Shown here: in pieces, positions 58,358 to 64,000 of the stretch
Position numbering within the stretch: position 1 is the first letter of the stretch
How the letters are laid out: every line of letters begins with the position of its first letter
Origin: Candidatus Bathyarchaeota archaeon
GTDB taxonomy: Archaea > Thermoproteota > Bathyarchaeia > RBG-16-48-13 > JAGTRE01
Length of the DNA stretch: 64,000 nt
Assembly (NCBI GenBank): GCA_018396415.1
Contig: JAGTRE010000004.1
Span: 21,380 to 85,379, forward strand
Reading direction: 5' to 3'
Position numbers and translations under genes: made by a program
Notes under the pieces: generated by a model
Database searches by the model: none
Told to the model about the DNA's origin: nothing
Seen by the model: the letters and a program-made list of their open reading frames with translations, nothing else

Positions 58358-59622
58358 TCCCCGCCATAATTGTTCAGCGGCGTCTCCCTCACGAATCCTC
58401 AAACTTAAATGAACTTAAAGGACTGGCGGAGTCTGCTGATTATTCCGTTGTTTACGCGATTGAACAGGTTCGCGAACCGGATGCGGCATATCAAGTTGGG
58501 AAAGGAAAGGCAGAAGAAATAGCTAAAATTGTCAAGGAACTCGGGGCAGAAAAAATAATTTTTGATAACGATTTGAAACCTATCCAAGCATATAACCTAG
58601 CGAAACTCACCGGAGTCGAAGCAATTGATCGCTTTCAACTTATCCTTGAAATTTTTGCCAAGCGCGCTCACACTAAGGATGCTCAATTGCAGATTCAACT
58701 GGCAAAATTGCGGTATGAACTCGCCCACGCAAGAGAAAAAGTCAGACTTGCAAAAATGGGAGAGCAGCCTGGCTTTCATGGATTGGGAAAATATGAAGTT
58801 GATGTATACTATGAAATGATCCATCGACAGATGGATCGGATTAAAAACGAAATTAAAAGAATCCGTAAGAAGAGAGGACTTCGGCGGAAGCGGCGGCTTG
58901 AGCTTGGTTTCTCTCTTGTAGCGCTAGCGGGTTATACCAATGCTGGGAAAAGTACTTTATTTAATGCGCTTACTTGTGAGGAAGTTCCAGTTGGGGAAGG
59001 ACTTTTCACAACTTTATCAACAACCACGCGGGCAGTAAAGTTCAATGGAAAGAGAGTTCTGTTGACAGATACCGTTGGCTTCATAGATCGGCTTCCAATA
59101 GCCTTAATTGAAGCTTTCCGCGCAACACTAGAAGATACTATTTTTTCTGATGCAATTATTCTAGTTGTTGACATTAGTGAATCGATACAGGAGCTTCAAA
59201 GAAAGCTTTCCTGTAGTTTAAATACAATCCAAGAGATTGGCGCTGGCGGTATTCCAATCATTACCGGGATGAACAAGATAGATTTAATATCCCCAAGCGA
59301 GCTTGAGCGGCGAATGGCATATTTGCAAGGGATTGCTCCAAATCCAGTAGCTATATCTTCGCTTTACAGAAAAAATCTCGATCTGCTTTGCGAGGAAGTT
59401 GCACGAAACCTTGAAGACTACATCAAAGCTTCCTTTGTTATTCCAAATAATCAGGCAACAATGTCATTTCTATCTTGGCTACACGGGCAAGCTAATGTTT
59501 CTACTGTCAACTATGAAAGTGATCGGGTAGTCGTTGAAATGGAGGCATTGCCACGGTTTATTGGTTTAATCCAAGGGAAGGTTAAGCAACTCGGAGGCAC
59601 TTTCATTTATTTGAAAGAGTGA
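58354..59622 (+). CDS. hflX: GTPase HflX
   Basis: GYTNAGKST, FTTL, DTVGF, NKID. Confidence 0.96.
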   Translation: MIPAIIVQRRLPHESSNLNELKGLAESADYSVVYAIEQVREPDAAYQVGKGKAEEIAKIVKELGAEKIIFDNDLKPIQAYNLAKLTGVEAIDRFQLILEIFAKRAHTKDAQLQIQLAKLRYELAHAREKVRLAKMGEQPGFHGLGKYEVDVYYEMIHRQMDRIKNEIKRIRKKRGLRRKRRLELGFSLVALAGYTNAGKSTLFNALTCEEVPVGEGLFTTLSTTTRAVKFNGKRVLLTDTVGFIDRLPIALIEAFRATLEDTIFSDAIILVVDISESIQELQRKLSCSLNTIQEIGAGGIPIITGMNKIDLISPSELERRMAYLQGIAPNPVAISSLYRKNLDLLCEEVARNLEDYIKASFVIPNNQATMSFLSWLHGQANVSTVNYESDRVVVEMEALPRFIGLIQGKVKQLGGTFIYLKE

Positions 59623-60173
59623 TGGGTTTGCCGAAAATTGTTGTCCTCCGGATTGGTCATAGAATACCGCGAGATGCGAGAATTACAACCCATGTATGTC
59701 TAGCTGCGAGAGCCTTCGGTGCGGATGGAATTATAATTAGTGACGTGATAGACGAGAAGTTAAGGCAGACTATAGAGAATGTGGTTGACCAATTCGGGGG
59801 GACTTTTTACATAGAGATGGGTACGCCCTGGAAGAAAGTTGTGACCGATTGGTTGCTTCATGGAGGAGAAGTCGTCCATCTTACAGTATATGGAATTCCC
59901 TTGCCAGAGGTGATCGAACGATTGCGAGCATCGCAACGTGATAAGTTGGTTGTAGTAGGTGGTCCAAAAATTCCTGGCGAAATTTATCGAATTGCGACTT
60001 ATAATGTTTCGATTACTAAGCAACCTCACTCTGAAGTTTCAAGTCTTAGTGTTTTCCTCGATTGGTATTTTCAGGGGAAAGAGTTTTACAAGGTATTTGA
60101 AGGTGCAAAATTAAAGATTGGTTCTTCCGAAAGTGGAAAGAAGGTTTTTAGAGTTGAAAGTAGACATTTGTAA
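59619..60173 (+). CDS. trm56: tRNA (cytidine56-2'-O)-methyltransferase
   Basis: LRIGHR..RD.RITTHV, HLTVYG, QPHSEV. Confidence 0.96.
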   Translation: MMGLPKIVVLRIGHRIPRDARITTHVCLAARAFGADGIIISDVIDEKLRQTIENVVDQFGGTFYIEMGTPWKKVVTDWLLHGGEVVHLTVYGIPLPEVIERLRASQRDKLVVVGGPKIPGEIYRIATYNVSITKQPHSEVSSLSVFLDWYFQGKEFYKVFEGAKLKIGSSESGKKVFRVESRHL

Positions 60174-60208
60174 AGTATTGATAAGCTTCTGGGAGATCAA
60201 ATAGTACT

Positions 60209-60721
60209 TTGTCCATGATGGTCAACGAGGAAATGCTTATCAAAGTTGCGAGGGTACTCGGAGGGGAAGAAGCAGTTAAGATTGTTAATGCTCTGAAGAA
60301 GCTTGGTAAGGCTACTGATGATGAGCTTTCAGCAAAGACTGATGTACGGTTAAATGTAGTTAGGAAAATTCTCTACCGGCTTTACGATTTTTCTCTCGTT
60401 ACTTGTGATCGTCTTCGCGACGAGAAAACGGGTTGGTTTATTTTTTACTGGAAGCTCCAGCCAGATCAAGTTGAAGGTTTTATTCAAAATCAGAAAAGAA
60501 AAGTTCTCGAGAAACTTCAAGCTCGTCTTGCATATGAGGAGGATCATGATTTCTACTCTTGTTTTACACCTACATGTGGGCGGCTTACATTTGAAGAAGC
60601 GCTTGAATCCGTTTTTAGGTGTCCCTCATGTGGTAAGCCACTTCAGCATTTTGACAATAGTAAGATCATTGCCATACTGAAAAATAAGGTCGAAACACTT
60701 CAAAAGGAACTCTCAGAGTGA
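60209..60721 (+). CDS. tfe: Transcription factor E alpha
   Basis: TDDEL..VRKILY..GWFIFYW wHTH and FRCPSCG zinc ribbon. Confidence 0.95.
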   Translation: MSMMVNEEMLIKVARVLGGEEAVKIVNALKKLGKATDDELSAKTDVRLNVVRKILYRLYDFSLVTCDRLRDEKTGWFIFYWKLQPDQVEGFIQNQKRKVLEKLQARLAYEEDHDFYSCFTPTCGRLTFEEALESVFRCPSCGKPLQHFDNSKIIAILKNKVETLQKELSE

Positions 60722-60757
60722 CTAGCCTGAGTCTCGGTTCTCCTGAGGCGATTATAA

Positions 60758-61288
60758 TTGAGCAAGCTTCCCTCAAGGCGGAAAGCATTAAAGCTTCTGA
60801 AAGTTGCTGGTTGCCAGCCCAACATAGTGGAACACTGTAAAATCGTTACTCATGTTGCATTGGAAATTGCGGCAGCATGCCAATTAAAGGGGATTAAAGT
60901 TAATCGCGAGCTTATCGAGGTTGGCGCCCTTCTTCACGATATAGGGCGATCAAAAACACATAATATTGATCATGCGGTTGTTGGAGTTGATATAGCACGG
61001 AGTTTGGGGTTACCTGTGCCGGTATTGCGAATAATTGAAAGGCATATCGGAGCCGGTATAACTGCGAGCGAAGCAAAGGCTCTAGGGCTCCCACCTAAGG
61101 ATTATCGCCCTCAAACTCTAGAGGAAAAAATAGTCGCTTACGCAGATAAGCTGGTAGAAGGCAATCGCAAAGTAGGAATCACAACCGCAATCCATCGTCT
61201 ATCGGAAGAGTTGGGTTCTAAGCATCCGGCTGTAAAGAGACTTACAAAGCTTCATCATGAGTTTACCTCATTACTTGGAGACATTTAA
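60758..61288 (+). CDS. HDIG-domain phosphohydrolase
   Basis: LLHDIGRS, ERHIGAG, EEKIVAYAD. Confidence 0.92.
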   Translation: MSKLPSRRKALKLLKVAGCQPNIVEHCKIVTHVALEIAAACQLKGIKVNRELIEVGALLHDIGRSKTHNIDHAVVGVDIARSLGLPVPVLRIIERHIGAGITASEAKALGLPPKDYRPQTLEEKIVAYADKLVEGNRKVGITTAIHRLSEELGSKHPAVKRLTKLHHEFTSLLGDI

Positions 61289-61289
61289 C

Positions 61290-62066
61290 ATGGTTAGGGT
61301 AACCATAATGGAAAAAGCCTATGGTCCGTACGAAAAAGCCGCTATATACAGCCTCAAGCAAGTTTTAACCCAACTACGCGGTAATCTTAAGGTTAAATTC
61401 AAGGTTACGGGCTTAACAGAACGGCATTGGATCAATCTTGACATTTCTGGTGAAGATAGTTTCGTGTTCACTAATTTATTAGACCGAGAATTTGGGCTTG
61501 CCCCCATTTCAATATCCAACATATCTTTAGCTTCCACATTCCGTGGCAAAATTATTGACTCCGGAAAAGTAGGTTACGGTTTATACATTGACATTGGCGT
61601 TAGTGAACCATCATTATTAGATGCGCTTTTTCCTCTTCACAAAATGAGAAGCCAACTAGTTCTCGGTCGACCTTTTTCAGCTCGCCAGATAATTGACCTC
61701 TATTCCCTCTATGACTACCTTCCATTAACGGTGAAAATCGTGAGTATTGACACGTTCACAAATAAAATTGAAGTCGAACTTTCAGAGCGTCAAGTGAACA
61801 TCTTTAAAACTTGGGCCAATTCAAAACTCGACCGAGTAATTGCAGTTGGTGCTACGGAAAGACGCCTTAAAGATGCTATTATTCAGACGAAGCACCAACG
61901 AGATGTAGTTCAAATTGAAAACCTTGGTCTCTTAGAGCATGCTATTGTATGTAAGTTAGGAACCGAAGCACCAGGGCTAATTTCTGAACTTGGTCCTAAA
62001 CTTCTTAAGACCCGTTTCTATGCCATTCGTCCGGAGAAGATAGGTCATTTTCTTCAAATAGATTAA
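61290..62066 (+). CDS. DUF2110 family protein
   Basis: GKVGYGLYIDIG and TEAPGLI..LGP; usual position after tfe and the HD gene; start ATG 61290. Confidence 0.8.
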   Translation: MVRVTIMEKAYGPYEKAAIYSLKQVLTQLRGNLKVKFKVTGLTERHWINLDISGEDSFVFTNLLDREFGLAPISISNISLASTFRGKIIDSGKVGYGLYIDIGVSEPSLLDALFPLHKMRSQLVLGRPFSARQIIDLYSLYDYLPLTVKIVSIDTFTNKIEVELSERQVNIFKTWANSKLDRVIAVGATERRLKDAIIQTKHQRDVVQIENLGLLEHAIVCKLGTEAPGLISELGPKLLKTRFYAIRPEKIGHFLQID

Positions 62067-62078
62067 GACTATTACGAG

Positions 62079-62167
62079 TGGGCCGGGTGGGAGTTGAACC
62101 CACGACCACCACCTCTCCTAGTTGAGCACGTAAGGGTGGCATCCAAACCAAGCTAGACGACCGGCCC
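62079..62167 (-). tRNA. tRNA-Val(TAC) with 14-nt canonical 37/38 intron (62115-62128); CCA not encoded
   Basis: GGGCCGG..CCACCCTTACG[TGCTCAACTAGGAG]AGGTGG..GTTCAACTC..CCGGCCCA. Confidence 0.93.
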
Positions 62168-62351
62168 TCTAATGAAAGGCTACGGTTACAACTAAAAAAC
62201 ATTTTTAAATATTATTTCCTCGAGAAATCAAGATAAAGGTGATTTACTTATTGCTATAATTGTGTAAAATTCTTATTTTTGAATTGCATTTTTTTAGTTA
62301 GAAACGTTAAAGAATAGCAGTGTATTTACTAGCCCTACGGAGGATATTTTA

Positions 62352-62450
62352 ATGACAGCTTTAAGTTATGTGGAGCCATCAACAATGAAGGCCGTATTCG
62401 TAATCGCTTTCACCTCTGGTGTCACAGGTTTGGTATCAATACAACTCTAG
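62352..62450 (+). CDS. Possible small hydrophobic peptide (32 aa) upstream of the APC permease
   Basis: GGAGGA RBS, then MTALSYVEPSTMKAVFVIAFTSGVTGLVSIQL ending in TAG. Confidence 0.35.
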   Translation: MTALSYVEPSTMKAVFVIAFTSGVTGLVSIQL

Positions 62451-62503
62451 ATGAAGACATTCTCGGCCACAACGATGACCAAAAGCTAATAAGAGGGACT
62501 CCA

Positions 62504-64000
62504 ATGGAAAAGCCAACGGTATTTGTGAGGAGGGCAAGTGGAATTGTCAGAAGCGCTTCACCTACGGATGCGATGATGTTCAACTACAACTCAGTGAATC
62601 TGGGCTACACATTATTCCTATGTATGATGGTTCTCACACTACCCGGTGCAATTCTTGTTGGCTCACTAATCCTTACGATTCTACTTATCGTGCCCTTTTT
62701 GCTAGTTTACGCATTTTTCACGGCAATCATGCCTCGCTCTGGCGGGGACTACGTATTTGTTAGTAGGACAATGCGCAGGGTTTTTAGCTGGGGGCCTCTC
62801 CTTGGGTTCATGGGAAATGCAAGTGTATGGCTGGCAGAGATAATCTTTCTAGCTATCCAAAGTCTTTGGGTTCCAACAATCTACATGTCATCAGCATTTG
62901 CAACTCTTGGCTATCTTACGGGTAATACGATTTTTATCAGCTGGGCCCACCTTCTTACTACTCCGAGGTTCTCATTGGTTATAGCGTTGATTGTTATCAT
63001 CGGGATAGGACTTACAATGCTGCCGGGGATCAAGTTCCATCTTCGATTTCAGTGGTTACTTTGGATAGTTGGCATGCTTGGAGCTATAATTTCGATATTA
63101 GTATTATGGTCAGTGTTTCTCGGTGGAGGACATAACGCATTTGTTAATGCTTTCAATGAATTCGCTCTTCGGCACATGGGTCCAGATGCCTATAACCAAA
63201 TACTAGTTTCATTAGAGAAGGATTTCAATTTCACAGCTATGCCTCCTGACCCTCGTTGGACATTATTTGCAACTGGAGCACTCTTTACAAGCTTTGGATA
63301 CGCCTACTTTTCTACATACTACGCGGGGGAGATTAGAGAAGCGAACCTCGTTAAGAATCAAATATACTCAATGTTTACACCAGTGTTTCTTATCTTAGTG
63401 GTTACGCTTCTCATAATTATTCCGCTACAGTCTATCGCTGGCTCGGTGTTTCTGGGCGGAACCCAGTTGATATCTCTTATCGCTGCAGAATCTTGGCCAT
63501 TACCGGTGATGCCTTCAGTATTCTTCTTCATAGGGCTCTTGATAGAAAATCCAATACTAAATATTATAGTACAGATAAGCGGCGTGGCGTGGAATTTATT
63601 GATTTGCGCGATATTATTTCCAATGCTAACACGCTGTATATTTGCATGGTCTTTTGATAGAGTTTTTCCTGAGAAACTCGCCGCAGTAGATACGAGGTTT
63701 CACAGTCCTTATGCCGCAGTAATTTTCATAACAATATTAGCAGGTTTCTTAGCTACGCTATTTACATTCTGGCGAGAGGCAACAGAGTTGGCGTATATAG
63801 CTGTCTATGGTGCCAGCGGAATAATGATCGTTACAGCGTTTTTATTTGTATCCATCGCTGCCATCCTTTTCCCATTTGTGATGAAAGATATCTATCAAGT
63901 ATCACCTGTCTCTAAATACAAAGTAGGTAAATTTCCACTTATGAGCATTGTAGGTGTCGCATCTACTGCTGTTATGTTGATGTTTGCATACATGTACTTT
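62504..64000 (+). CDS. APC-family amino acid permease (3' truncated)
   Basis: Manual translation gives MEKPTVFVRRASGIVR, MPRSGGDYVFVSR, YYAGEIR, FAWSFDRVFP and many TMs; appears open to the window end. Confidence 0.92.
   Translation, partial: MEKPTVFVRRASGIVRSASPTDAMMFNYNSVNLGYTLFLCMMVLTLPGAILVGSLILTILLIVPFLLVYAFFTAIMPRSGGDYVFVSRTMRRVFSWGPLLGFMGNASVWLAEIIFLAIQSLWVPTIYMSSAFATLGYLTGNTIFISWAHLLTTPRFSLVIALIVIIGIGLTMLPGIKFHLRFQWLLWIVGMLGAIISILVLWSVFLGGGHNAFVNAFNEFALRHMGPDAYNQILVSLEKDFNFTAMPPDPRWTLFATGALFTSFGYAYFSTYYAGEIREANLVKNQIYSMFTPVFLILVVTLLIIIPLQSIAGSVFLGGTQLISLIAAESWPLPVMPSVFFFIGLLIENPILNIIVQISGVAWNLLICAILFPMLTRCIFAWSFDRVFPEKLAAVDTRFHSPYAAVIFITILAGFLATLFTFWREATELAYIAVYGASGIMIVTAFLFVSIAAILFPFVMKDIYQVSPVSKYKVGKFPLMSIVGVASTAVMLMFAYMYF

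Overview
Archaeal chromosomal core region, probably TACK and most likely Bathyarchaeia-like. This is inferred from PolD together with Elf1, Alba, TFE and intron-rich tRNAs. From left to right it holds a truncated hypF; a candidate replication origin (three ORB-like elements, AT-rich tracts, an embedded 140-aa gene and a perfect 17-bp inverted repeat) upstream of cdc6/orc1; PolD DP1 and DP2; a nucleoside salvage cluster (two divergent MTAP-family paralogues plus mtnA); four tRNAs, all with introns (Ser-CGA, Leu-CAA, Pro-CGG with two introns, Val-TAC); a korDABC-type oxidoreductase; an RPA-Lhr-SWIM-metallophosphoesterase cluster; iorAB; pyrB/pyrI; a partial A-type ATP synthase operon; the nac/mbf1/hflX/trm56/tfe cluster; and a truncated APC permease. 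The most striking item is a tandem class III ribonucleotide reductase locus. A full-length NrdD paralogue fused to an N-terminal winged helix and ATP cone has lost its glycyl-radical Gly and catalytic cysteines, and it sits directly upstream of an intact NrdD and a thioredoxin. It is a candidate pseudo-enzyme nucleotide sensor or regulator. All calls come from reading the sequence and motifs; no database searches were run.
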